From an uncultured Bacteroidales bacterium (GTDB lineage Bacteria > Bacteroidota > Bacteroidia > Bacteroidales > UBA932): a stretch of DNA of 64,000 nucleotides. The DNA lies in NCBI GenBank assembly GCA_944326365.1, contig CALVDR010000007.1, forward strand, positions 10,037-74,036, written 5' to 3'. The notes under the pieces are model-generated. The model was not told the origin of the DNA and searched no databases. It saw only the letters and a list, made by a program, of their open reading frames with translations. A program made the position numbers and the translations under genes. This document shows positions 16,705-26,639 of this stretch, piece after piece; positions within the stretch are counted from its first letter, which is position 1; the number at the start of each line of letters is the position of its first letter.

Positions 16705-19700
16705 ATGAACCACATGAACCACATGAAACACTTGACACTTGTCTTAACAGGCATTTGCGCTCTCGCCTTTTCCCAGGTACTGTCCGCGCAGGAAATGACG
16801 GTCAGAGGAGTCGTTTCCGCCACGACTGGAGAAAGTGTGATCGGAGCAGGGGTCATGATCAAGGGGACTGCTACGGGAGTCACCACGGATCTCGACGGCC
16901 GCTACGAACTCTCCGCACCGGAGAATGCTACACTGGTTTTTTCAAGCATCGGTTACAAGACTCTGGAAGTAAGGCTGGACGGACGTTCCGTGGTGAACGT
17001 GGCCCTGGAAACGGACAGCGAACTGCTTGAAGAGGCTGTCGCCATAGGCTATGGTTCGCAAAGCAAGATAACCCTGACAGGTTCTGTCACCCAGACTTCC
17101 GGAGCGGAACTGGTGAAAAACTCTTCTGTCAATCTGTCCCAGGGTCTGGCCGGACGTCTGTCCGGTGTCGTGGTCAGCAACAGGAGCGGCGAGCCGGGAA
17201 ACGATGACGCCACCATGTTCATCAGGGGGCGCAGTACTCTGGATGACAACTCCCCGCTGATCATTATCGATGGTATCCCCGGCCGTGATGACGAGTTCTC
17301 CAGGCTGACAGGTGAGGAAATCGAGAGCATCAATGTCCTGAAGGATGCTTCGGGTGCCATCTACGGTTCCAGATCTGCGAACGGCGTGATCCTGGTCACG
17401 ACCAAAAGGGGTGTTTATGGCGAAGCTCCGAGAGTCACCTTTACCTATGATATAGGTCTGCAGCAGCCTACGAGGCTGGTGGACATGGCCGATGCCGTTC
17501 TGTACACCCATGCCTATAATGACGAGCTGGCTATCACCGGAGCGGCTCCGTACTACAACGAAACGCAGCTCCAGCACTATGCGGCCGGAGATGATCTGAT
17601 CCTGTATCCTAATACCGACTGGCTGGACGAGATCATCAAACCGGTCTCCGTGCAGCACAAATATGGTGTGAGCGTGAACGGAGGTTCCGACAGGGTGGCC
17701 TATTTCGTACAGTTCAACGGCCAGTACCAAGACGGTATCTACGAGAAATCCGCCACAAACTATGCGCAGTACAACGTCCGTTCGAACGTTGACATAAAGG
17801 TGACTGAAAGTCTCCGTCTCGGTGTCGACCTGAATGTGAGAAGGCAGCAGAAGAATTACTCGGCTTTCCCGTCTTCATCGGAGAATGACAACGGTATTTT
17901 CTATACCGCCATCAGAATGAAGCCTACCGGAGCCACTTATTATCCGAACGGCCTGCTTAGAGGCGGTACGAACCCAGCCGTCCTCGTCCAGGATCTGACA
18001 GGATACGACAGGACGTCCATCAATACCATAAACACGACATTCAATCTTGGCTGGGACATGTCCTGGCTGACAGAGGGCCTGTCCGTGAATGCCAGAATGG
18101 CGTATGACGTTGTAGGCGAGTTCAGGAAAAACTGGCTGAAGAACTGGGATTACTGGGAATATGACGAGATCACGGAACTTTACAACCAGCGTACCATTTC
18201 TTACTGGTCTTCGCCTGTACTGCATGAATATCAGGAAAATTACCAGACCCTGACGATCAACGCCAATATAAATTATGAGAGGGACTTCAACGGCCATCAT
18301 GTTTCGGCTCTCGCAGGTTTTGAGCAGAGTTCCTACAGATACGATACGTTCAATGCAGGCATCAATTCCTATGATTCCGACCTACTCGACGAATTTTTCG
18401 CCGGTACGGCGGACAAGAGCTGGTATGCCATAGACGGTTATGCGAAGGAGACCGCACGCAGGAGTTTCTTCGGACGAATAGGCTATGACTGGAAGAGCCG
18501 TTATATGATTCAGGCCATCATCCGTTTCGACGGATCCGAGAACTTCCCGAAAGAGAGCCGGTGGGGTATCTTCCCGGGAGTTTCACTCGGGTGGAGGATT
18601 TCTGAAGAACCGTTCGTGAAGAATAATGCCCCTTGGCTTACGAACCTGAAACTCAGGGCTTCGTACGGTGAACAGGGAAATGACAGCATCGATCCGTTCC
18701 AGTATCTCACCACATACGAATACACTGCTTTGACAGGATACAGCATGAAGATCGATGACAAGGAAGTCAGCTTCATCATACCGGGAAGCATCCCGAATCC
18801 GAAAGTGACGTGGGAAGTGGCAAGAACATGGAATGTCGGTCTGGACGGAAGGATATTCAACGGAATGCTCGGATGGGAGGTGGAATATTTCCATACCAGA
18901 AGATCGAACATCCTCTGCACCAGGAATGCATCCATCCCGTACTATACCGGTCTGACGAACAATCTTCCTGACGAGAATATCGGCATAGTGTCGAACAGGG
19001 GAGTCGAACTGCAGCTGACTCATGAGAACAGGGTAGCCAACGGCGAATTCCTCTACCGTATCGGCGGAAATATCATGTACGCCAGAAACCGGATCGAATA
19101 CATGGATGAGACACCGTGGGGCGAAGGACATGAATACATGAACGCTACCGGTCATCCCATGGGAGCCGAACTGTACTATCAGGTGATAGGCATCAACAAG
19201 ACCCAGGAAGATCTCGAGAAATATCCTCAGATGGCGGGAGCCACCCTTGGAGATTTCATATTCGCCGACCTGGACGAAAACGGTGTGATCGATACGTATG
19301 ACCGCAAACGCTGCGACCTGACTACGGTTCCGGAGCTGGTCTTCGGCCTGAATTTCGAGGCGCAGTGGAAAGGTTTCGATCTTTCCGTTCTCTTCCAGGG
19401 ACAGGGGCGTGCCAGATACTATTATGCCCCGCTTATGGACCCTGTGTCCGGAAACGTTGAAAGGGAAGCGGCTGAAAAGGCCTGGACACTGGACAATACG
19501 GATTCAGACTGGCCGCGACTCGGTTCCAATGTCTCGAACGGCCATACGACACGTTCGTCTTTCTACTATCGCGATGCTTCCTTCCTGCGACTGAAGAATG
19601 TCGAGCTTGGTTACACATTCAACCAGGCCATGTTCGGTACCAAGGTAGGTATCAGAAGTCTCAGGATCTATATCGCCGGCTATAACCTTCTGACTTTCTC

Positions 19701-19797
19701 CGGACTGAAGAACGTGGACCCGGAGACAGATGACGAGTCTTACCAGAATTATCCTCAGATGCGTATATTCAACGCAGGTGTGAAACTTACATTCTAA
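16705..19797 (+). CDS. susC: SusC/RagA-family TonB-dependent outer-membrane transporter
   Basis: 1030 aa. Signal peptide, carboxypeptidase-regulatory-like N-domain (VRGVVSATTGESVIGAGVMIKGT), plug (SGEPGNDDATMFIRGRST), C-terminal beta-barrel ending ...FNAGVKLTF. Followed by susD. Confidence 0.93.
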   Translation: MNHMNHMKHLTLVLTGICALAFSQVLSAQEMTVRGVVSATTGESVIGAGVMIKGTATGVTTDLDGRYELSAPENATLVFSSIGYKTLEVRLDGRSVVNVALETDSELLEEAVAIGYGSQSKITLTGSVTQTSGAELVKNSSVNLSQGLAGRLSGVVVSNRSGEPGNDDATMFIRGRSTLDDNSPLIIIDGIPGRDDEFSRLTGEEIESINVLKDASGAIYGSRSANGVILVTTKRGVYGEAPRVTFTYDIGLQQPTRLVDMADAVLYTHAYNDELAITGAAPYYNETQLQHYAAGDDLILYPNTDWLDEIIKPVSVQHKYGVSVNGGSDRVAYFVQFNGQYQDGIYEKSATNYAQYNVRSNVDIKVTESLRLGVDLNVRRQQKNYSAFPSSSENDNGIFYTAIRMKPTGATYYPNGLLRGGTNPAVLVQDLTGYDRTSINTINTTFNLGWDMSWLTEGLSVNARMAYDVVGEFRKNWLKNWDYWEYDEITELYNQRTISYWSSPVLHEYQENYQTLTINANINYERDFNGHHVSALAGFEQSSYRYDTFNAGINSYDSDLLDEFFAGTADKSWYAIDGYAKETARRSFFGRIGYDWKSRYMIQAIIRFDGSENFPKESRWGIFPGVSLGWRISEEPFVKNNAPWLTNLKLRASYGEQGNDSIDPFQYLTTYEYTALTGYSMKIDDKEVSFIIPGSIPNPKVTWEVARTWNVGLDGRIFNGMLGWEVEYFHTRRSNILCTRNASIPYYTGLTNNLPDENIGIVSNRGVELQLTHENRVANGEFLYRIGGNIMYARNRIEYMDETPWGEGHEYMNATGHPMGAELYYQVIGINKTQEDLEKYPQMAGATLGDFIFADLDENGVIDTYDRKRCDLTTVPELVFGLNFEAQWKGFDLSVLFQGQGRARYYYAPLMDPVSGNVEREAAEKAWTLDNTDSDWPRLGSNVSNGHTTRSSFYYRDASFLRLKNVELGYTFNQAMFGTKVGIRSLRIYIAGYNLLTFSGLKNVDPETDDESYQNYPQMRIFNAGVKLTF

Positions 19798-19810
19798 GAT
19801 GACGAATATC

Positions 19811-21772
19811 ATGAAAAGATACATTCCAATACTTTCGGTTCTGATGTTGCTTGCCGCCTGCAATGACGACTTCCTGGACAAGCAGCCTCTCGACAAGCTT
19901 TCAGAAGAAGTCGTGTTCAACAGTGCCGCTCTGGCCGAATCATACGTGAATGCACTGTATACGGTGCTTCCTGATCCGTTTCAGGAAGGAAATATCAGCT
20001 GTATCACCGACGAGGGATTCTTCCGCTATGGCGGAACTTCCACAAGATACATCGCGGACGGCAGCATGACGCCTTCCAACGTGATGTACATAGAAGAGGG
20101 AGGTACTGCCCACGATACCAGAACCACTACCCTGAATATCTGGAACCGTGCATACGAGTGGATATACAGGATGAATTATTTCATCAATTATATCACCGTG
20201 AACGGGACTGAAATGGATGAAGCATCCAGGGACAGGCTCATGGGTGAAGTCTACTTCCTCAGGGCATGGGCTTACTATAATCTCATCCAGCGCTATGCCG
20301 GAGTCCCTATCATCACTACTGCCTACAGTCTCAATGACGTGTATGCGGAGGAAAGGGATACTTTCGATGACTGCGTGGATTTCATTCTGGGCGATCTCGA
20401 AACTGCGGAGAAACTTCTGCCTGCGAAGGAAAACTGTCTGCTTGGACGCATAAACAAGGACATCGTCCTGGCTCTCAGATGCCGTGTCACTCTGCTGGCG
20501 GCTTCACCTCTGTTCAACGATCCGGAGCTTCCTCAGGGCAGCGTATTCAGAGGCCGGTATGATTTCCAGGGCAAGTGGGAACGCGCCTACAAGGCAGCCA
20601 AGGCCATAGTCGACAGGGCCGATGTGGATGGGGCATATTCCCTTGATGATACCTACGACGGCTACTGGAAGGACATACATTCCCCTGAACTGATATGGGC
20701 CAAATACTTCATATCGAACGCAGATGCCACAACCAATTCTGCAAAAAAGGCACAGCTACTCTACTCCGTGGTGTATTTCAACGGTTGGACAGCTTGCAAT
20801 CCTACCCAGGCCATGGTCCTGGACTACGAGATGAAGAACGGAAAGAAGATATTCGAAGACGGCTCCGGCTATGATCCCGAGCATCCGTTCAGGGACAGGG
20901 ATCCCCGCTTTTACTATACGTGTGCGGCTCCGTTCAGCACTTACTGCAACACGGATGCTACAGGCTATCATGAAAACGAACTCCTTCTCTATCTCCTGTA
21001 TGACGGAAAGACCAGAGATGATTTCGCAGCCGGAAAGACCGAACCGGACTATACCAGCAAGGCTACGCACCTGTGGCATGCCACGAATACCATGGGCATG
21101 GAGCTGAACAAATGGTACATCCCGACTTCTCCTATCACGGAAGCCGAAGTGGGCAGTCTCCTCTATCCGTGGTTCCGTCTGGCGGAGATGTATCTGAATC
21201 TCGCGGAATGCGCCTACAATCTCGGCTATGAGGACGAATGCCGTACTTACATAAACAAGGTGCGCCAGCGTCCGGACGTGATGATGCCGCAGATCGGTGA
21301 AAGCGGAGAAGCTTTATGGGACAGACTCGTGAACGAACGCCGCATCGAGCTTGCATTCGAGTTCACCCGTTATTTCGATGTCCGCCGCTGGAAAACCGCA
21401 CCGTTCTACGAAAATATCCCTATCGCAGGCATGCGTACGATGATACTCAAGAACGGCGCCCGTCAGGACACTGTATATCGTGTGGTGCGCCCGTATGACG
21501 AGTCGAAGAACAATACCTGCTATTACTGGAAGAATTCCGTGGAACGCCAGAACTACATGTCCGCTACAGGAGAGGATATCGAATGCGTAGTGACTTACAA
21601 GTGGCTCGGGAAAGAGTACAAGGTCGACTACGGCGACTGCTGTCTGACCGTATCTCCTACGCAGAAACATTTCCCGAAGGTGGGAGATGTATATCCGAAC
21701 TATCTGATGCCGATTCCGGCCAATGAGATAGCCAAGGCCAATGGTACCATCGTCCAAAACCCGGGATATTGA
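19811..21772 (+). CDS. susD: SusD/RagB-family nutrient-binding outer-membrane lipoprotein
   Basis: Lipobox MKRYIPILSVLMLLAAC. SusD-typical blocks RAWAYYNLIQRYAGVPI, LAEMYLNLAECAY, ERRIELAFEFTRYFDVRRW. Confidence 0.9.
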   Translation: MKRYIPILSVLMLLAACNDDFLDKQPLDKLSEEVVFNSAALAESYVNALYTVLPDPFQEGNISCITDEGFFRYGGTSTRYIADGSMTPSNVMYIEEGGTAHDTRTTTLNIWNRAYEWIYRMNYFINYITVNGTEMDEASRDRLMGEVYFLRAWAYYNLIQRYAGVPIITTAYSLNDVYAEERDTFDDCVDFILGDLETAEKLLPAKENCLLGRINKDIVLALRCRVTLLAASPLFNDPELPQGSVFRGRYDFQGKWERAYKAAKAIVDRADVDGAYSLDDTYDGYWKDIHSPELIWAKYFISNADATTNSAKKAQLLYSVVYFNGWTACNPTQAMVLDYEMKNGKKIFEDGSGYDPEHPFRDRDPRFYYTCAAPFSTYCNTDATGYHENELLLYLLYDGKTRDDFAAGKTEPDYTSKATHLWHATNTMGMELNKWYIPTSPITEAEVGSLLYPWFRLAEMYLNLAECAYNLGYEDECRTYINKVRQRPDVMMPQIGESGEALWDRLVNERRIELAFEFTRYFDVRRWKTAPFYENIPIAGMRTMILKNGARQDTVYRVVRPYDESKNNTCYYWKNSVERQNYMSATGEDIECVVTYKWLGKEYKVDYGDCCLTVSPTQKHFPKVGDVYPNYLMPIPANEIAKANGTIVQNPGY

Positions 21773-24768
21773 TGAAAAGGATACTGACATATTTTTCTAT
21801 CTTGTGCCTGACGGCAATGTCTCTGGATGCCGCTTCCTTGAAGTGTGCGTTCATCTCGGATGACATTTCCCCTGCGGGGGGGGGTAGGCTTGAGCTTGCC
21901 GGTTTTGCTGCCAGAAAGCAGTTGTCCGACGGCATGCATCTTCCCCTCAGGACTTATGCACTGGCCATAACGGACGGTGAACGGAAAGTATGTATCATTT
22001 CCAATGACCTGATGGAGATCCCGCCGGATCTGGCCGACGGGATAAGGTCTGAAATCAGCCGCCGGTCAGGGCTGTCCCCTGAAAGGATCCTTCTGCATTG
22101 TATCCATACGCACAGTGCGCCGAGGATAGGAGGAGCATGTTCCGTGGAAGGCGGTACGAATGCCGGGTACAGGTCTCAGGTATTCAATGCCATAGTGTCG
22201 AATGCCGTGAAGGTGCTTACGGATGAGTCCCTGTGGCAGGAGTTCTCTCTGGAAGTGGCCAGGGGGTCTGCGGACATTAATTACAACAGATGCGAGAAGA
22301 ACGGTCCGGTGGACCATGATCTGTATGCGGCGCGTTTCGTGGACAGAAAGGGCCGTCCCATCTGCGCCTTCATAAATTTCGCATGCCATCCTGTCTGCAT
22401 GGGACCGTCCAGTCTGCTGGTTTCATCGGATTATTCCGGGGTGGCCAGACGTGAAATCGCAAGGAAATGGGGCTGCGAAGTGTTCCAGCTTACAGGGGCC
22501 GGCGGAAACATGGATCCGGTCGGAGGCTGTCTGGATGCCGCCCATGCGGAAAAGACAGGTCACGAGCTGTATCGTTCTCTTGAAAAGATGAAATTCACCC
22601 CGGCAGAGTCCCGGGACAGGCTGGCTTTCGCATCGCGGCACGCCGCCCTGCCGTTCAGCATACCGGAGGTGACTCCGGATGCCGTGCGTGCCCATGCCGA
22701 CTCGTTGGCCGGAAGTGCGGAGACCGATTTCCCGCGGTTTGCGGAAGATGTCCGCGGATGGGAGAAAGAAATATTGGCCCGGTTCGAGACCGGGACAGTC
22801 GAAAATTCCCTGGATTTCGAAATGGCGGCCGTCAACATTGACGGAGTCATCTTTTTCTTTTCGCAGGGCGAGCCTTTCTGCGAGTATCAGATGGCTGCGC
22901 GTGCTACTTTTCCGGACAAGATGATATTTTTCGCGGGGTACACGGGCGGCCAGAATTCATATCTGCCGTCAGCGCACGCATACAAGGTCCGTAAAGGGTA
23001 CGAATATGAGATAGAGCAGATGCATGTCTACATCAAGGCTCCTTATCCGCTGTCTGAAGAGATGCCTGCAGCATATCAGGAGGCTGTCTTCAAGACCATA
23101 GCTGCAGTCGGGGCAGATGAGAGGTATTCCATCATACCGGCACCGCGTCATCTCGAACCTCGTGAAGGTGAACATGTGTTCACGGGAGAGCCGCAGGTGA
23201 AGTATCTGGATGATGACTCTGTTCCTGAGGAAGGCTACATTCTGGATATAACCCCGAAAAGGATAACCGTGTCTGCCAGTTCGGAAGCAGGGCGGTTCTA
23301 TGCCATGCAGACCATCATGCAGCTTCTTCCTGCAGAAGTCTACGGCGACGGAGGATTCGCCGGCAGAAAATGGTCGCTTCCATGTTGCCGGATAGAAGAC
23401 TGGCCCGAATACGGCTGGCGTGGCATGCACATGGACTGCGGCAGGTGGTTTCATGCCAAGGAAGAAATCTACAGGTTCCTGGACATGATGGCCATGCACA
23501 AGCAGAATGTTTTCCACTGGCATCTTACGGAAGACCAGGGCTGGAGGATAGAAATCAGGAAATATCCGCGGCTGACGGAGGTCGGGGCGTGGAGATCGGA
23601 GACCTGCGGCTATGACGGTCCGTGTGACGGCCGGCCTCATGGAGGGTGGTATTCGCAGGATGATATCCGGGACGTGGTGGCCTATGCCGCCGGGAGATTC
23701 ATCACCGTGGTCCCTGAAATAGAGCTTCCGGGGCATTCGAGCGCAGCCATAGCGGCTTATCCGTGGCTGTCCTGCACACCTGACGAGCCGAAGGAAGTAA
23801 GTACGCACTGGGGAGTGATGGAGGATGTCTACTGCCCGAGTCCGCGGACTTTCAGGTTTCTCGAAGATGTATTCACTGAAGTGCTGGAACTTTTCCCTTC
23901 CAGGTATTATCATATAGGAGGTGACGAATGTCCTAAGACGGCATGGAGGAACAGCGGGTATTGTCACAGGCTGGCAGACAGTCTGGGTCTTTCCGGTGTG
24001 GATGATCTCCAGTATTATTTCGTCAAGCATTTCGATGCGTTTCTCCGCGAGAGGGGGAAGACTGTGATAGGATGGGACGAGATTCTGGACGGCAGTGCTG
24101 TGAATAGTACCGTAGTTATGTCCTACAGAGGGCATGCGCCGGCATCGAAGGCATTCGCCCGGGACATGAAGGTCATATTGGCTCCCAACAGATGGTGCTA
24201 CTATGACTATGTGCAGGACGAGATCGAGGATATTCCTGAAAACCAGCACCTTTTCATCACTCTGAGAAAAGCCTATACCTATGATTTCCGCCAGATGGTA
24301 GACCCGGAAGTGCTGGCCAGGGCGGACAGCCTGCTGCTTGGCTTCCAGGCCTGTCTGTGGGGAGAAGCGATACATGATGACAAGGACCTGCAGCATCACG
24401 CTTATCCGCGGTCTGCAGCCATGGCCGAACTCAGCTGGTCACCGGCGGAGTCCAGAGACTGGAATTCGTTCCGCCTGAGGGTGGAAAAAGAATTCGACAG
24501 GGTAAAAGCCCAAGGACAGGAATACAGTGATGCTTACTGGCAGGTCATCATAAACATGGACCTCGAATCCGATTATCCGCGTTCGGCGGAACTGGAACTG
24601 GACTATCCTTTCGCCGACATCCGCTATACCGTAGACGGCAGTGAGCCGTCCGCGGATTCTCCTTTGGCCCCTTACCGTATTCGGGTGGACAAGGGAATGA
24701 CTCTCAAGGCCAGAGGCTTCAAGGCTGACGGCACACCGGTAGGACGTACTGTAACCAGAATATTCTGA
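21772..24768 (+). CDS. fusion protein: neutral/alkaline-ceramidase-like N-terminal domain + GH20 beta-N-acetylhexosaminidase
   Basis: 998 aa. N-terminal ~450 aa has the ceramidase-like pattern (LAGF...LRTYALAITDGERKVCIISNDL...LLHCIHTHSAPRIGG...FINFACHPV). From about nt 23130 it is GH20b + GH20 (IIPAPRHLEPREG, HWHLTEDQGWRIEIRKYPRLTE, HIGGDECPK) plus a chitobiase C-terminal-like domain. TGATG junction with susD. Confidence 0.85.
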   Translation: MKRILTYFSILCLTAMSLDAASLKCAFISDDISPAGGGRLELAGFAARKQLSDGMHLPLRTYALAITDGERKVCIISNDLMEIPPDLADGIRSEISRRSGLSPERILLHCIHTHSAPRIGGACSVEGGTNAGYRSQVFNAIVSNAVKVLTDESLWQEFSLEVARGSADINYNRCEKNGPVDHDLYAARFVDRKGRPICAFINFACHPVCMGPSSLLVSSDYSGVARREIARKWGCEVFQLTGAGGNMDPVGGCLDAAHAEKTGHELYRSLEKMKFTPAESRDRLAFASRHAALPFSIPEVTPDAVRAHADSLAGSAETDFPRFAEDVRGWEKEILARFETGTVENSLDFEMAAVNIDGVIFFFSQGEPFCEYQMAARATFPDKMIFFAGYTGGQNSYLPSAHAYKVRKGYEYEIEQMHVYIKAPYPLSEEMPAAYQEAVFKTIAAVGADERYSIIPAPRHLEPREGEHVFTGEPQVKYLDDDSVPEEGYILDITPKRITVSASSEAGRFYAMQTIMQLLPAEVYGDGGFAGRKWSLPCCRIEDWPEYGWRGMHMDCGRWFHAKEEIYRFLDMMAMHKQNVFHWHLTEDQGWRIEIRKYPRLTEVGAWRSETCGYDGPCDGRPHGGWYSQDDIRDVVAYAAGRFITVVPEIELPGHSSAAIAAYPWLSCTPDEPKEVSTHWGVMEDVYCPSPRTFRFLEDVFTEVLELFPSRYYHIGGDECPKTAWRNSGYCHRLADSLGLSGVDDLQYYFVKHFDAFLRERGKTVIGWDEILDGSAVNSTVVMSYRGHAPASKAFARDMKVILAPNRWCYYDYVQDEIEDIPENQHLFITLRKAYTYDFRQMVDPEVLARADSLLLGFQACLWGEAIHDDKDLQHHAYPRSAAMAELSWSPAESRDWNSFRLRVEKEFDRVKAQGQEYSDAYWQVIINMDLESDYPRSAELELDYPFADIRYTVDGSEPSADSPLAPYRIRVDKGMTLKARGFKADGTPVGRTVTRIF

Positions 24769-24770
24769 TC

Positions 24771-26627
24771 ATGCGAAAATTTTACATAATCTCCCTATTT
24801 TCCCTTCTCGCGGCGCTGGCCTCTTGCTCCCGGACATCGGAACAGTCCGTGACACAGGACAGGACCGCGCAGGTGAACGTCATTCCTCAGCCGCATCATC
24901 TCCAGATGGCTGAAGGAGCGTTCAGGATAGACAGGGACACGAAGATATTCATCGACGTGCAGTCTGATGAAATGTTACGGATTGCAGGTTTTCTGAATGA
25001 AAGACTGTCATCGGCTGCAGGCTTCAGTCTGGAGATTTCCGGGACCATGCCGGAATCGGATGCCATATACTTCATGAATGCCGGGCTGCCTGCGGAATCC
25101 TACGGCATGAACGTGACTCCGGACAGGATCGTGATAGACTATGGTGACGGTGCGGGGGCTTTCTATGCGTTGCAGACGCTTTTCCAGCTGCTGCCGCCGG
25201 AGATATTTGCCGGCAGCCGTCAGAAAGGAATCAGGTGGGAAGTCCCGTGCCTTTCCATCGAGGATGAACCGAGGTTCGCCTATCGCGGGATGCATCTGGA
25301 TGTCTGCCTGCACTTTTTCGATATCGATTTTCTGAAAAAGTACATCGACATCATGGCCCTGCACAAGGTAAACCGTTTCCACTGGCACCTTACGGAGGAT
25401 CAGGGATGGAGACTGGAGATCAGGAAATATCCGCTTCTGACCGAGAAAGGCCAGTGGAGGAAAGAGACAGTGGTCGGTTCTCTGAAGTCAGGCATTTATG
25501 ACGGGATTCCATACGGAGGATATTATTCCCAGGAGCAGGTGAAGGATCTGGTCAGATACGCTGCAGAGAGATACGTGACCATCATCCCGGAGATAGAACT
25601 TCCGGGACATGCGCTGGCTGCCATTTCCTGCTATCCCGAGCTCTCGTGCGGACTGGAAGACCACTATGAAACTGCTACCAAATGGGGTGTGTTCAAGCAG
25701 GTTTATTGTCCGAAAGAAACTACGTTCGAGTTTCTGGAGGACGTCTTCGACGAGGTGTTCGAACTTTTCCCGTCCGAGGTCGTGCATATCGGCGGCGATG
25801 AATGTCCGAAAGCCAGCTGGAAGGAATGTCCTCACTGCCAGTCCCTCATCCGCAAACTTGGCCTGAAGGACGAATACGAGCTTCAGAGCTGGTTCGTGAC
25901 CAGAATGGAGAAATACATAAATTCCAAAGGCCGTCAGATCATCGGCTGGGATGAAATCCTTCAGGGAGGGCTGGCGCCCAATGCCAAAGTGATGAGCTGG
26001 CTCGGCGAGGAAGGCGGCATAAGAGCGGCGCAGCAGCATCACGAAGTCGTGATGGCCCCTCATCAGAAATACTATCTGGACTATTGGCAGGGAGATCCGG
26101 ATTCCGAACCCCTGGCCATGGGAGGCCCGACGACATTGAGGACCATGTATGACTACGAGCCGGTTCCCGAGATCCTTACTCCGGAACAGTCGAGGTATAT
26201 CATCGGAGTGGAAGGCTGTGTCTGGACGGAATATATGGACAGTCCGGAGCGTGTGGAGTATATGGCGTGGCCGAGGATGTGCGCGATAGCAGAGACAGGC
26301 TGGACGAGGGCCGGGAAGGACTGGGACTCTTTTGCCAGACGTCTGGAAACCCATTTCGGAAGACTGGACTATCTGGATGTGGGGTATTGCGATGCATTTT
26401 TCGAACCGTACATAGTCTGCCACGAGGATACCAGATACAGCAAGGTGGTGACCATGTCAGTGGATGCTCCGGGTGCAGAGATTCATTACACCCTGGACGG
26501 ATCGGAACCGGGACCTGACTCTCCGGTGTATGCGAAACCGTTCGTCATAAACAGATCGCAGACAGTCAAAGCGGTGGCGGTCAGAGACGGCCGCCCTATA
26601 GGCGATATAAAAACCAAACAATTCTAA
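24771..26627 (+). CDS. GH20 beta-N-acetylhexosaminidase, lipoprotein
   Basis: 618 aa. Lipobox LLAALASC, GH20b (VIPQPHHLQMAEGAF), catalytic blocks HWHLTEDQGWRLEIRKYPLLTE and HIGGDECPK. Paralogous to the C-terminal two-thirds of the preceding gene. Confidence 0.92.
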   Translation: MRKFYIISLFSLLAALASCSRTSEQSVTQDRTAQVNVIPQPHHLQMAEGAFRIDRDTKIFIDVQSDEMLRIAGFLNERLSSAAGFSLEISGTMPESDAIYFMNAGLPAESYGMNVTPDRIVIDYGDGAGAFYALQTLFQLLPPEIFAGSRQKGIRWEVPCLSIEDEPRFAYRGMHLDVCLHFFDIDFLKKYIDIMALHKVNRFHWHLTEDQGWRLEIRKYPLLTEKGQWRKETVVGSLKSGIYDGIPYGGYYSQEQVKDLVRYAAERYVTIIPEIELPGHALAAISCYPELSCGLEDHYETATKWGVFKQVYCPKETTFEFLEDVFDEVFELFPSEVVHIGGDECPKASWKECPHCQSLIRKLGLKDEYELQSWFVTRMEKYINSKGRQIIGWDEILQGGLAPNAKVMSWLGEEGGIRAAQQHHEVVMAPHQKYYLDYWQGDPDSEPLAMGGPTTLRTMYDYEPVPEILTPEQSRYIIGVEGCVWTEYMDSPERVEYMAWPRMCAIAETGWTRAGKDWDSFARRLETHFGRLDYLDVGYCDAFFEPYIVCHEDTRYSKVVTMSVDAPGAEIHYTLDGSEPGPDSPVYAKPFVINRSQTVKAVAVRDGRPIGDIKTKQF

Positions 26628-26639
26628 AAGTTCTTATCT

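Noticed and set aside
22969-24399. 476-aa ORF antisense to the GH20 fusion gene
   Set aside because: It is fully embedded opposite a gene with strong family motifs. Its translation is Arg/Pro/His-rich with no recognisable domain. This is a typical shadow ORF of a moderately GC-rich coding region.
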